Below, piece after piece: positions 1 through 13,697 of a DNA stretch of 64,000 nt. The notes beneath the pieces are model-generated. The model was not told the DNA's origin, ran no database searches, and saw nothing but the letters and a program-made list of their open reading frames with translations. The translations under genes and the position numbers were made by a program. How positions within the stretch are numbered: position 1 is the first letter of the stretch; each line of letters begins with the position of its first letter. The DNA is from the human T2T-CHM13v2.0 reference genome, Homo sapiens: NCBI RefSeq assembly GCF_009914755.1, contig NC_060934.1; one strand, 5' to 3'.

Positions 1-733
1 GTTCCCACGGAGCCGGGAAACTGCGCGCCCCAGGTCCGCAGGCCGCCTCCCTTCCCTCGCGCCCTCGCACCCGCCCTCTGCTCTGCCGCTCCCGGTCCTG
101 GGTGTGCGGGAGTCCCGGGGGTCCCTCTCCTGGACGCAGAGGAGGAATTTGGAGCAAAAGGAAGGGAATTTACTGCGGATGGCACCGGAACCTGAATTGA
201 CTTGTGCGTTTCCTGCTCTGGGCACGTAGGTTTCCCCTAGGAATCTGGAGTTCGCTGAGGACACTTAATTCCAAGAGATGATGGGTTCACATAAACATAC
301 CATTTAGTTAAGAAAAATATTTAAAATAAAGAAAAAAGAAAAACTGAACTTCGATCTTCTTCTCCACGTTCCCTGGTGTCACCAAATAAACAAAGCATTC
401 GGACGAGAGTGGGCTGCTGGGGGCTCGGGAGGTGCGCGAGACAAGGTTACCCTGCGGGTCCGCCACTGCCCCCGGCCTCCAGCACTGCACTGCCCACGAG
501 TTTGCGGGGTGTGAGCGCCGAAGGAGAACCCCGGACCGCCCAGTCTCAGCCTAAAAACTTGGATCCAAGAGTCCTACGGTTGTGGATGTGCCAGTCCTCC
601 GCGACCCTTTCCTGCTGGCCTTCTGCTTTTTATAAACGAAAATAAAAGTTTGATTTAGGCTTAAAGAAATGTCATTCTGGTCGTTCCTCCCTGAAGCGGG
701 ACTTACTCAACCTCATATACTCGCCCGGAATTT

Positions 734-1079
734 TCAATCTCGCCTGTCGAAATCGCTAGCTGCGCATCCGCGGAAGAAGTCCTGGATGAGAGGTAGGGTG
801 AAGGGATCAAGCAGATAGCAGCAGGCATCAGCACACTCCGGCCGTTCCGGACGGTCAGGCCCGCCGCTACAGGGAGAAGTGCGGCGGATGGAGCCAGGGC
901 TGCGGGTTGCGCGCGGGCTGGGAACCCGGTGGTGCCACCTTAAGAGTCGGGTCCGCGCAGCGGCTGCGGAGGCGCCCGGCACCTGCAGGGGGCGCTGCTG
1001 CCCCGTGGTTTCTCCCGCGCCGCCGCGTGCAGCGGGCCTGGCAGCTCCGGGGCCCCGGTCCCCGGAGGGGGTGGGGACG
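734..1079 (-). CDS. MIR1915HG: CASC10/C10orf114 (MIR1915HG) putative 136-aa ORF, coding part of exon 2
   Basis: Acceptor tcctcccccAG|c at 1081-1080. Frame continues ...GVPTPSGDRG...QVPGASAAAARTRLL...DFDRRD* into the 734..982 ORF. Spliced length is 136 aa, matching my recollection of C10orf114. Coding status is doubtful (now usually classed as a miRNA host gene). Confidence 0.65.
981..998 (+). promoter_or_regulatory. CTCF-like motif
   Basis: ACCTGCAGGGGGCGCTG closely matches the CTCF core CCASYAGRKGGCRC. Confidence 0.55.
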
Positions 1080-1695
1080 CTGGGGGAGGAAGGGAGCGAA
1101 GTGCAGCCGTTAGGTAACGAACCCGAACCCTCCCGGATTCAGAAGCGGCCTCAGTGAGGCGTTTGCTGGAGGGAGCTTTCCATCATTCGGCCGCGAGAGG
1201 AAACGTGGGGAGGCGCCCTCCCCTGCCCCCACCGCCTGCCTTCCTGCCTCCCTCCACCTCCGCTCCCCGACCCCGACCGTGCTTCCCAGACCCTTTGTTC
1301 TCGAGGTTGGGAACGGCTGGGTGGGGGTTCCCCGGGGAAGAGGTCCCCCGCGCCGCTCGGAGGGGAAGGGACTGTCGCCTGCCCCGCACCCCAGCCCTCC
1401 CCAGTGCCGTCCCCCTTTCCCCCGGCCCCTTCCATCGCGTCCACGCGCTTCCGTTCTCACTCGGACTCCCCCAACTCCCGAGCTCCGGCTCCCCAGCCTG
1501 CACGGTCTGCAAGCCCGCCTCCCTTCCCACTTCCCCGCCACCTCTGAGGTCCCCGGGAAGAGGGGAGGAGAGGGAGACGTGTGGGGGAGGAGAAACCACA
1601 GAGCCTTCTCGGCGCGGAGCATTCCCAGGGACCCTTCCAGGCCCCGACCCCTGGGACCCGCTGCAGAGGCAGGGCTTTCCCGGCGCCGCCGCAGG

Positions 1696-1775
1696 TCGCT
1701 AGGGCCGCCCCCGCCGCGTCGCCCTGGGGCCCACGGGTGCACGGCCCGGGCAGCAAGGCAAGGTGCGGCCTCTCA
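1696..1775 (-). ncRNA. MIR1915: pre-miR-1915 hairpin (intronic)
   Basis: Minus strand reads UGAGAGGCCGCACCUUGCCUUGCUGCCCGGGCC...CCCCAGGGCGACGCGGCGGGGGCGGCCCUAGCGA, containing the recognised 5p (ACCUUGCCUUGCUGCCCGGGCC) and 3p (CCCCAGGGCGACGCGGCGGG) arms. Confidence 0.92.
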
Positions 1776-1883
1776 GCGCCAGGACCCGAGACCCCCAGCT
1801 GGAGAGAAGGGGACACCGTGGTCCGCGCCCTGGGGAGGCTAATTGCACACGAACGCCCCCCTCTTCCCCGCCCCCCACCGTAC

Positions 1884-1948
1884 CCTCTGCAGCGCCACCC
1901 GCGTCGCCTCTCCGCCGTGCGCCACCCTGAGGGCTCCCGCGATTGCAT
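1884..1948 (-). CDS. MIR1915HG: CASC10/C10orf114 (MIR1915HG) putative ORF, coding part of exon 1 (MQSREPSGWRTAERRRGWRCR)
   Basis: ATG at 1948; donor agagg|GTACGG at 1883; phase-2 join to exon 2 keeps the frame. Confidence 0.6.
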
Positions 1949-4779
1949 CTTCTTGAGCACAGTTACCAATGCGTTCAGCTTCGTTTCTTACTCGGATGGA
2001 GACATCGCGGAGGGAAGCGAGGGGACAGGGATGCGGTAGTAGGGGAAAGGTGGGGCGGGAAACCGAGCAGAGAGGTGGGAGACTTGGCTGAGGCAATGGC
2101 ACCAGGCAGGGCCGCCCGGAGTCCCGAGTCCAGGTCCGCGAGGCAGGCCCCGGTGCAGCCGCGCCCCGGCCGAACCCTACATGTCCTCTGTACTGTGGAC
2201 ACGAGTCCGCGGAGCGCCAGTCACACCCCCGCACCCCTGCAAGCTCCCGCCGTAGAGGGGGCTCGGCACCATCCTGGTCACAAAGTACGTGCCCCCACCC
2301 CCCACCCCCAGGTGAAGAGGACGCAGCCCGGCGCCGTCAGCTCCAGGCTGCCTGGAGCCCCCTCCGGCCTCTCGGCGCGACCCTGGTCCTCAATGGCTCG
2401 TCGCGAGCTGCGCTAGCTGCTCTCTCGGCAGCGGGTTCCCCAGGACACACCCAGTCCCCACCCCCCGAGAGCTGGCGGCCAGCTCAGGATGCCAGGCGGC
2501 CAGGCGGGCGCCCTGCCAAATTCCGCGTTCCTCTCCAGGAGACGGGGAGTTGCGTCCCAGGCTCGGGAAAGCCCGCAGTTCGGGCTTGGGACTCGCTTAC
2601 AAAGCCCCCCAAGGCGCCAGGGACGCCTCTGCAGGTTGAATTCCTGCTCCGTATCACTTCAATTTTAATTAATCTTTTAAAACACCGCTGTCACGTCGCT
2701 TGCAGAAAATTAATCAAACTTGAATCCTTGTTGCATAGCAAGAATTTCGATCCGAGTCTTTTAAAAAGGACTTGACTTTGCAAAGTCACGTCTTTTACAG
2801 TTCCCTCATTCCCCCTTTAGCAAGGGAAATACTGCAAAAGTCAAGACATGTTTGTTTGGTTCTTTCTATCTTCAAAATGAAACTTTGCTTATTTCTGATC
2901 TTTATTTTCCTGTCTTTGAACAAAAAAAAATAACGAGATAAATTGCCTACCTCGATTAATTCAAAGTATAATTACTTTGAATGATCTTTGTTTAAGAGCC
3001 CAGATAAACTAAGATAATCTTAATTTTAATGTGACACGACCCCTATTTTTCCTTGTGAATAATGAGAATAAAGCAGTCATTAATTAATACCAAGATATCT
3101 CCATAGAAGATGGTATCTGTTCTCGCTGAGACACTGAAACATCAGTTGTATTAGTAATTGATACTGTATAATTGAACATGAAGATAGCCGTCTATTTTTA
3201 ACCTCCAAGCTCAGAGTTTATTTGGTGATTATTGAGCTCCTAATAATTAATTTTTTTCCTTCTTACTGCATAAATAATTCTTACGACTCCCAGTTCCCAT
3301 GCAATGCAGAGGCTTCTCATTAAAACCTACCCCTCAAAATATAAGATTGTGAAGCTATATTGTGCAGCAACTCCTTCTATTTCATTATTTGTAACATATT
3401 TCCTCTATTTCATATCTTCCTGGTGCATTTCCTTTGCTGTGATTTTCCTACTAAATCTATGAGAATATAACTATAACATCTTTTACCATAGCTTTGTCTT
3501 TCTGTGATCTCTTGGTTCAGTTTAATACACAATACTTAAGACTTCAATTTTTCAAGTTACTAAAATTTGAGGATGAGTTCCACTGAAGAATCAAAAATAC
3601 TTGTATAGTGAAGTTGCCATGGATTATATTCCCAACCTAACACACAGTCCACTTTAACTCACACTTTTCTGTTGTTAAAAATAGACTTTGCTCAAACACA
3701 TTCCCTTTTTCCAACTTGAGTTGAAGAGAGTTCTCACAATTTCCTGGGTTAAATGTACATGCTAACACAACCTTTGACATTAAAAAACAAATTCCCCTCC
3801 CGCGTTGGAGAGAAGTCTTCCAAACAGTCATGGAAATTTAGACTGTAGCTTTAAGGTATCTAATTATTTCTTAGCCTCAGTTATTTTGGGGCATCAGAAT
3901 GATCTTCACTTTTTAAGTGGAAATGGTTATGATATTTTTCTCATACATACAAAAAACTCTCTACTTATTTTTCCAATAAAGTGTCTCCCAAGTATGACAT
4001 GTTGTATACCACACAAATATTCTTAGTACCTCCGCTACCAAATCCATGCATTTTCCCTGTCAGTGCTCTATCTAAAATTCTGGAAAGTATAGAGGGTTTC
4101 CACTTTTATTTCCCCCTTAGTACAATTAAAACTTTAGGTCAATATATAACGGAGTGATTCTCTGCACTTGGATTTTATATTTTCCCACTATAATTTGGAC
4201 TGGAATGGGATTAAAACAGCATCTAGAGTTCTAATCTTGGTTGATGTTTTGGTGTATTCACCGTAATGAGTCCTATTCTCTGGGGTCATGAAGCTCCCAA
4301 ATGTCAATCAAGCAAACAGATTCAGAAATGCCATTGTTCGACTCCCACGTCACTCGCCTTCCTCTCATTTTATTTAACAATACCGGAGTTCTCTGATCAG
4401 TCATTCGGAATATGAGGCATTATCTGGGGAAAATTCACAAAGTGTCTTGATCTTTCTTTGGGAGATACTGTTAAGGGGTTTCCGCAAAGCATAAAGTGCT
4501 TGTTTATATTTCTGTCTTTGGACCGCACTGTGGATGGAAAGAACCAATGAATACTGCTTGAAAGGAAATCATACCGTAAATCCGTCAAAAATTAATTCGT
4601 CCAGTTGAATGTTACATTTCTATTTTCTGTTTTCGTGTTGGAAGCACCCTGATTTGTCACCAGAGGAGAAGTATGACCAGGTCTGGGTCCAGTTGACATG
4701 CCCCCACGTTCAACCCTGTCTATTTTCACCACTTAATACTATTAATGTGTTTAGTCTAAACTAGTTAACTAAGAATTTA

Positions 4780-5980
4780 TTTGGGGGCGAGGAAGAGCCA
4801 ACCTTTGCCCTGGGAGTTCTACCCAGCCCACTCAGCTACGTCCGGGAGCCTCCGCAACTCGCATTTCCCAGTCGCAACCCTGGGTCATTCCTGCCTCCGT
4901 CCCAGCTCCCGGACAATTCCCAAAGCCAAAGGCGTCGAGCGTGTTACTGGCTCCCACCAGCCCAAATTAATAATCAGCTTAACTCGTGGAGGCTTTGAGC
5001 CCCAGTGCTCCGTTCCCTGAAGCCTCCCAGTGCGGAGCCCGGCTCCTGCGAGGACATCCTTGGAGGGGGGCCGGGGCGCAGGGACGGATTTCCTGGGAAA
5101 AATTGTCGCTGGCGTGTTGCACCTAGAGGGCTGTGGGCAAGGAGGCACGCACCAATGTCCCAGTTCTGGGCTCTCAGATCGGGATTCCTCCAAAATCGCG
5201 ACAGCCGCTCAGGTGCTGGGTGCTCACGTTGGCAGCACAGAGCGCCAAATGCACGACCCCGCGCGCCGCGCGCGACCTCCACGCACACTTAGAGCCGAGG
5301 TGACAAGGGAAGGCGGCGGGGGTGGAGCCGCTCTCTGGTGGAGCATGATCAATCACTTTAAAGGGTTCAAAAGTTCCAAGTTCCCCTTTGGAGGGGAGAG
5401 GTAATGCTTCCCGCGGCCTGCTTCTCTCTGAGACCCGCGGGTTCCCGGCAGCCGCGCAACCACTGGGGATCTCGGCTGCCGCTTGCGGGAGCCCCTTCCG
5501 GGGAACACGCTCTCCGGGCCGCGCAGCCGGGCGAGGTTGACGCAGCTGCTAGGGGGCAGTTTGGCTTCCCCGGGAGTACCGGAGTCGCTCGGCAAAAACG
5601 TGATCTCAGCCTGCAGGGCCCGGGGCGCGCGCTTTTCCCTTTCTCAGCAAGCGGGAAAGGCCTGTTGGCAGAGGCCGGCGGAGTGCTGGCGGCCTGGCGG
5701 CTGGAGGCTTCGGCGGAAACCTGAGCTCCCTGCGACCTGTTCTGCTAGCAGGGGCGGGGGAGAGCCCCAATAAGCCGCCCCAGAGGCGGACCGTGCAAAT
5801 TCCTAAGAAAAAGCCCTCTAGAAAACACCAAGCCCTTCCAAAAGCCGTGGCTCTGCCCCTCCCCCGTCCTGCGGCCTTCCATCCTGGCCCCTCGCATCAC
5901 CCAGCCGGCCCTCACCTGCTACCTGGCCAAGGGCCTAGCCACCCCTCTGCGTCCCCGCCCCTGCTTTTAAGCTCCTTCTC
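4780..5980. promoter_or_regulatory. Intergenic (orphan) CpG island
   Basis: GC/CpG-rich block with GC boxes (GGGGCGGGG ~5751) between AT-rich flanks. Confidence 0.7.
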
Positions 5981-8900
5981 CCCCTGACCTTTCTGAGGCC
6001 TGGGCGAGGGTAGCCAGGGTGCTGCAGAGGAAATGAAATTGTTCTGGAGATTACAGTGGGGCTTTGGGCCAGAAGGGTTTTTCCCCTTCTTTTTCTCAAG
6101 CTTCCATGTTAAGTGCAAACTTGTATCTCCCGTCACAAGAATAGCCAAATTTTCTCGCTTATTTGCAGTTTTGCAAAGTTCTACACACAGATCAGTGAAC
6201 CTTAAGCGCCCTTGTTCAGCCCCACATTGTGGAGGTTTGTCAGGGTCCCTGGGCAGTGAGCGTAATGACAGGTGAATCCAGCAGCCCCAGGGGGAGCCCG
6301 ACCTAACCCCAGGACTTACAATAGGCCAGGGGGCCAGAGGCTCCCCACACAGCTTCCAGCAACAGGTACTCTACACCAGGGCAGGCCTACAGGGTCCTTC
6401 GGCTTAGGCACTGCCCCTAGAAACTGCTTCAGTGACCTGGGACAGAGAGGCCCCACCCACATGTCTTCCCCCAAGGAGATTCCTTCTCTCCAAATTACCC
6501 CTCGGTCACACAAGAACAAGAATCTCTGCGCTCTGTGCCACCTGTCCAGACACAGCCAGGCCTTGTTTCAGCTGCAGCAGAGGCCCTCACAATGTAAGCC
6601 CATTGGTGCTTTCAACCTGCTTGTTCTTCTGACATGATTTAAAATAAAGAAGAGGAGGAGGAGGGAAGGCAGAAGAAGAAACAGGGAAGAGGAGGATGGG
6701 GGGTGGGGAGGAAGAGGAGCAGGGGAGATGCAGAATAAAAGATGGCCAAAGGGGATCAGCACAAAATGGAACAACTCCTTTCTTATCCAAATTGCCCCAT
6801 AACTCAGTCTTTCCCACACTCTAAAAGAGGGATAACTGGTTTCAATAACTATTAATACTTTCTCGAAGTAACTTTTTTGAGTGAATTTTACTCTTGCACC
6901 TGACTGGAACCGACCTACCCCTCTCCCCAACCTGAAGAGAGGAATGGGCCATGTACCTTTGGGGAGATAAATAGCTTTATAAGGCATAATAGCCTCCCTG
7001 TAGCCAGTCATCACTCCACAGAAAGCCAGGGAGATTCAAGCTGTGAGAACCCAGGTGCTTTGTTGCATAACCAATCTCAGCCTTAATCCAGCCAAGGTCA
7101 GCCCACATTAGATTCCCAAGAAATGGGCTTAAGGTTCCTCCTCCTGTCTGGACCATTCACAGGTAAGGAGATCCTCACAGAGAAATACATCTAGTACTTA
7201 CAACCAAACTCCAAGTGGGAGCAAGTCATCATTGTGATGAGAGTAGAAGACCATGGCAGAGAAGGGAGGAGGTGTAGATATGTGTAAAGAGAGAGAGAGA
7301 CATGTTTGCTTTTGCCCAACTCTACAGTTCTAGCCTGACTCAGTCCATCCTCACTCAACCACCAGGGTAAAATAGAAATCAGCCTCTGGGTTATCAGAGA
7401 GAGAGTAGTGGTTGTGTGTGTATGTGTTGGGGGATGGGGGTTGTTGCTTTCTCCAACCCCAGGCTAGTGTATAGGGAACGATATCACAGATAGGAAAAGA
7501 TGGAGTAGAGGGAAAGAGAGGCTGGAGGAGAACTACAGCCTACAGTCACTCTGAGGAACTCATCCTCATTAAAGAAATCCTTTCTATGATGCTGCATGTC
7601 TTCCTCAGATTTGTGGCAGCCACACTGAAGGAGGAGGCAGCTGCAGGAGCTGCCGCTGCTGCATGCAGGCATCCAACAGTGTGTCCCTAGCAGCCGACTT
7701 GGTGTCCCCAGTGTGAAGAGCCCAGGCTTTGCCCATTAGGCTGTGACTGAAAACAATCCCCCTGCTCCAAGCAGCTTCCACAGTGACTACCCCAAATCCC
7801 TAAACAGATTCCTGGACTGAGAGAATACAGTTCATAGCATGAATGTCTAAGAGCGGGATTCAGTTAAAACAAAAAAAAAGATAACAGAAAATCCCACCCA
7901 ATTCTGAAATCACTAATGAAATCATGTGTGGTAGTGGGTATTTGTCCCTGCATGGATTACAGTTTCATACTTTTGTCCCTAGAATGACATTTCAAAAATA
8001 TTCTCCCCTATGTAGCACCAAAGGCTGTTTTTATGGCCTGCTATTGTGAATCAACCTTCTGTAAACCATATTGTGCATTTTCCCCTGGATTTTAGTGAAA
8101 GAAGAATTGTGCCAATGCAACTGCTTTGTCCCAGCGCTGAAACAAAGACTAATACACGGGAAAGAGGCAGCCTCTGCAAAATGTACTCGTCTCTGATTTG
8201 GGAGGAAAGCTCCTAGAGTGACCAGCCCATAATTGTGGTTGATATTTAATCCCCCTTGGTACAAAGGCTCATCTTTTCACTAAGCAGAAGCACCATTGAG
8301 ATACGCCTAACCTTTAGGGTTATATCCCAAATGGGGAGTCCAGGGCCTACGCTTGGATTATCTAGGTCTCTTCTATTTTGTAAAAATATACACAAAAAAG
8401 CATTCCTCACAACAAAGCATTCCTAATCACTTCAGCTTCTTGGTGGATTTTTATTCCTGTGTCCACTTGGGGTATTGAAATCGATCGCTGCAATATTTAA
8501 TATATTACACTCCTAGGGTCATCCCTCTCCTAAGACCGAATTCTCTCCCTCATGCCCTCAACTCAGCCCAGTTTCTATCCTCCCACTACCATCTGTCCAG
8601 GTCCTCTGTTTATCTGTCCACATAACGCCTTTAATTCTCAGCCCAGCCAGACAACTTCACGTTTATTCTGTTTTCTTCTGTTATGGAAAATGCTGAAAGC
8701 TGTAGGCAACAGTGCACTTAAAAGGGAAAATGAGGAGCTCAGTAGATTGGATAAAATTAACCTGCCACAAACAACCTCATTAAAGAACTGCCTACCAAGA
8801 GTTAAGAATTAATAGCAAAATGGATGGGAAAAAACCCTTCAGTGAAGAGACCTTAAACCTCTTTCCCTGAAAGGTGCATAATTTACAAGCCCAACCTAAC

Positions 8901-9601
8901 ATTCAGTTTTATTTCCCTTTCCTAGTGACCTGTCCCATAACCTTGTAATCCACTGCGGGGGTGTTTTCTCTTTTGTCCCTTTCTTCTGGTTACACACCCA
9001 TAAGTTTGCAAGCCCAAATATTTTCTGATATTTTTGGTTCAAAAATGCACTTAAATTATTTGGAGCCTTTTAATTTAGAAAGACACTTTAAGAGACTCCT
9101 GGAATACCCTTTGGGAATTGTTAGATGATTTGAAGAGTGCCCTTAAAAGAACTGTGTTTGGATAGGAGGGGGCTGAGGGAATCATGCATAAAGAAGCATG
9201 AAAAACCAGAGTGAGGACATTTTGTAGATTTAGTGTTCTGATGGCACTGTGGTTTATTTTGCACATGAAGTTCAAATTTAAGTAAAGCCCATGTATATGG
9301 GCTGTAAGTTGCTTTTCTAATGTTTTATTGGGCAGTGTATTCTATATTGGCATTTTATATGCATAATCTCATTTCAATGCAGAGCCGCATACTAAATCCT
9401 GGAGCAAGCAGATGAGAATGCTATATGGATATTACACTCAATTTCATTGGCTTCAATGAGACTTTGCACATCGCGATTTCCATTGTAATGGCTTATCTTT
9501 GGCTAGAATTTTACACATTGACATGCTATTCCTTTGGCCAGGATCCTGAATGAAGAAACCATGTCAATGGAACAGCCATAATGATTCCATTCACATTATA
9601 G

Positions 9602-9981
<380 letters not shown>

Positions 9982-12900
9982 TTCTCTGTTTCTTAATATT
10001 ATTTTTTTGCACTTTTTTTTTTCTTGAAGGAGATCACAGTTAAAATCAATCTTGGAGTATACACTAAAGTAGTGGTTCAAAACAGGAAAAGATAGGAAAT
10101 TCACAATCAGGATGCTTCCAATTCATCTAGAGATCCTTCTGTTGTGTCAGGATATTATATGTAGTGCCTTCATGTGTGGTAGGATCAGATCCTATTCAGA
10201 TAAACCAGTTAGAGACTCACAGAAAGGACAAAATTTTAGAAATACTTGTAACCTTCTTAAGTCTACAAAATAAGTTATATTTCTTTCCCACTTAAGTTCT
10301 ACAAAATAAGTTGTTTTTCTCCTGTTTAACAGTAATCTTAAATTACAAACACAGACTGAAATATATAAGATAATAAGAAATGTTGGCCATATTAGAGAAA
10401 GTAGATGTTTCAGAGGTAATTTCTTTAAAGGAGATGATAGAAGTGTGTAACTAATTTCCTAATTTACTTTTAAATTTATGGTGCATAAAGATGTAAAAGG
10501 ATAAAAAACACAAGAATTAAAATATTTTCATTATTTTCTTAAAGTCATGAGCAGCAAAACAATTGAACAATTTGAATGTTAACCAAGATCTTCCGCTTAA
10601 AAATCTTCCTTATTTAGGAAAGGGGGGAAAAATCCCACCTCTCTTTTTAAAATCAGATAAGAAACATTCCGGTAGTAGTGATGTACACCCTTTTAATTCT
10701 TAATCATAAATGTTTAAGTTTGTTTTAAAAGTCTTTATTATTAACAGAAAAAATAAAAATTGGCTTCCTAAAGGCCAATTTGCCACATGATGTATAACAC
10801 TGGGAACAAAATTAAAAGCATCTCTTTACATTTGCATCTGGCAATGTGCTCCATGTTAGAACCATAGCCATGTGTTTATGGAGTGCAGCTCTCCTGGTCT
10901 TGAGATACATGCTGTTTTTTATAGCCTAACCAGAATAGCTCAGCACATGCAGGGCAAGAGGCTGCAAAGCCCTGGCCCCTCACCCCAGCAAGGAAGCTCA
11001 GGATCACTGCAGGCTCCCACACTGCTTCTCTCAGCACTGGTGTAAGTCCAGATCTTACCCTCTTTCCACTTCTGGAGCAAATATTATGAAATATGGGTAT
11101 TTCCCAACATAGCCTTCACCTGGGTGCAAGGGTTAGGTAGGGGGAAGGGAAGAAGGGGAAAAGCTGAGAGACTGGGAGGAGAGAGAAAACAGAAGATACA
11201 GGGAAAAGGGGAGAAAGGTAAATAAACCTGTTCAAGGCAATTCCCACCGTATCATGCAGGTTTGACTTTGAATGGATAGGATAACTAGACATCTGAAAGC
11301 TTAACCAGCTACTGGTCTGCATATTTGGACCCAACGTAGAGGAAGAAAACGAATCTCAGACATTTGCACCACTGACAGTCAGGGTATTCATTTGAAGGGA
11401 GGCGGGGGGAGGAAAGAAAGAGATGAGAGAATGAATGTAAAATGTGTCTTTATTCCTGAATATCCAAGAATCTAGGCCCTTGCAGAGACTGAAACCCCTG
11501 CCTACTGACCAAGTGGTAGCCTTCAGATCTCTCATATATCTAACTTTCACAGAAAAGGGGGAGGAGGTCAGCTGCCTCCACTCAGAGCAGCCTCTCTTCC
11601 ACACGGTGTTTCCTTTCTACTGCTCATCACTTACCACAAGTATTGCGTTTTTCCTGGAGCCAACTTAAACTGATCTTAAAGAGGGCAAGCACTAACAACA
11701 GAAATTCCATTTTAACCTCTTGTGCCCTACATGTGCTTCTCCCAGCCTCCAGAATTCTGAGTTTATTTGTTTGTTTGTTTGTTTTGGTGGCTTGAGGAAA
11801 AGGAGAGTAAGCTGCCACTCAGATGGTTTCTCTTTTTTTTCTTTTCCCTCCCTTCCTTCCGTGCACTGGGGCTGGAGAAGGCCTTTGCAGAGCTGCCCTC
11901 TGCTAGCCTGGTGATATTTTAGGGTCTAAGTCAACTGACTGCTGAGCGTTTTCCATGCAAAAAGGGTCCAACACAAACGTGTTGATGGTAGTGATTAGAT
12001 GAATAACTGCATCTTACTGGAAGGCCTCTAGACTGCCTGCTACTATCTCTCCACCTTTTTCTTTCTTGTTTCAGTTATCTACCCTGAAGGAAGATCCAGA
12101 CAGCAGGAATTAAGGAATCAGGGACACTCTGGCATCCTAGGTACTTGGGTTGTTTCCCATATATTCTTTTTAGACTATATACATACACATCTGTGGGCAG
12201 CAATCTCTTCTGATTCTCTTTTGGAATCCCTCCCACCCCCCACATACACACCTCTCTGGCCTTAAACATTTCTTGCAACAAGGGGACAACCACTGCCCTT
12301 TCCTGCCCCGCCCCCGCCCCCCACACACACCCGGTTAGGCACCAGTCGCCCCGCAGCCATGGCCGCAGCCGGAAAAGAATAGAGAGCTCGCTGTGCTGCA
12401 ATCCAAGCCGCTCAGCTCTGGGCGAAGAAGACATCGTGGGAGCTAAGCAGTGGCACAGGATAGGGCTGTTCCCTGACCAATAAAGCATTTATTCAGCTGA
12501 GCAAACGTTTTCGGAGCACCCAGCATGGCACTGCTAGGTGCTGCTGTTCGGTCCCAGGAAAATAAAGGGAGATGGCAGTCCGCAAGGCGAATGTGAGAGG
12601 AGACCTGTACGGAAGCCATCGACAAGAGTTTCACACTACACGTTTTGGGGTCGTGTTTTTCCAAGCAAACCCGAGTGATCTTTAGGGAAAGCCAAATACA
12701 CTAGACGAAAACATCCTGTTATGAGAGGCAGGGACGGTGGAAGCACAGCTATCTGAGAGTGCGTTAATCAGTCAGGATAGGGGCTTGGAAGCCCAGGGCT
12801 TGAATTTGGTGAATTCGTGCAATTTGGAGCATTTCGACTTAGTATTGATCCCTAAACTCAATTTTGAAAACAGCCTCCATTGCAGAAGTGTGGGTTGTGT

Positions 12901-13649
12901 TATCCCAGTATTTGCATGCATCGATTGGACTAAAATAAAATGCATCATACTCTCTGCAAAGAAGGAAGAGGCAGGGACAATCACAAGAGGAATAGCAGAA
13001 AGTGCATAGTTAATATGGGTTGTACGCGAATCCGTGAAACAAGTGCCTTAAACCCAGGGGGATTTCACGTAATAGCTAATTTGGTGAGAGCTAGCGCGCA
13101 AGCAAGCAGAGGGCCATCTTAGAAGGGAAGGAAGATAGCTGAATATAGGCTTTTCCTACTGGAATTAACATTTCCTTGTGATTTGCATTAGCTAATGTCT
13201 AAACCCTCACATGCAGCCCACCTAACCCAGGTTTTCTTCTACGCTTGTAGGCTCAGTAAGGAATTGTCTTCCTTCTAACTGCACTGCCAGAGCTCAGGGG
13301 CTGCGGAGAGGCGGCTGCTGCTTTTCCCCCGACCCACTGGGTCCTAAGTGCCGGGAAAGGCCGCAGGGCAGATGCTGGGGAGGCGCTCTCCGCTTGTCCT
13401 CTCCCGGCCTGCAGGACCCCAACGGGTTCTCTCCTCAAAGTTAATCCGAGGAATCCAGCGCCTGCCTGGTTCTGCCCATACCCTTCTCAGGTCCCAACTG
13501 GGAGGAAAGGGAACTGGAGGAGATGGGAAAAGGAGATAGGAATATTTTATCTTAAAGAAGACATTCTTTTTCCTTGTTCAACACACAAAACCAAAACCCC
13601 TTCCTCTTATTTCTCCCGTCTTCCGATTCCATTTTAGTTTCTAATGGAG

Positions 13650-13651
<2 letters not shown>

Positions 13652-13692
<41 letters not shown>
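13652..13692. repeat. (TG)20 microsatellite
   Basis: Uninterrupted TG run. Confidence 0.98.

Positions 13693-13697
<5 letters not shown>

Larger units (their letters stand above)
1..2640. promoter_or_regulatory. CpG island covering the MIR1915HG/CASC10 promoter and gene body
   Basis: Very high GC and CpG density from the window start to ~2.6 kb, then an abrupt switch to AT-rich DNA. Confidence 0.85.

Noticed and set aside
734-982. 82-aa ORF as a stand-alone gene, or CAG|GTG at 983 as the acceptor
   Set aside because: Starts at GTG; better explained as the 3' part of an exon starting at 1079, which has a pyrimidine tract and restores the 136-aa frame
879-2416. Many overlapping 100-210 aa ORFs on both strands
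   Set aside because: Stop-poor CpG-island sequence; Arg/Gly/Pro/Ala-rich with no domain; only the spliced CASC10 frame has support
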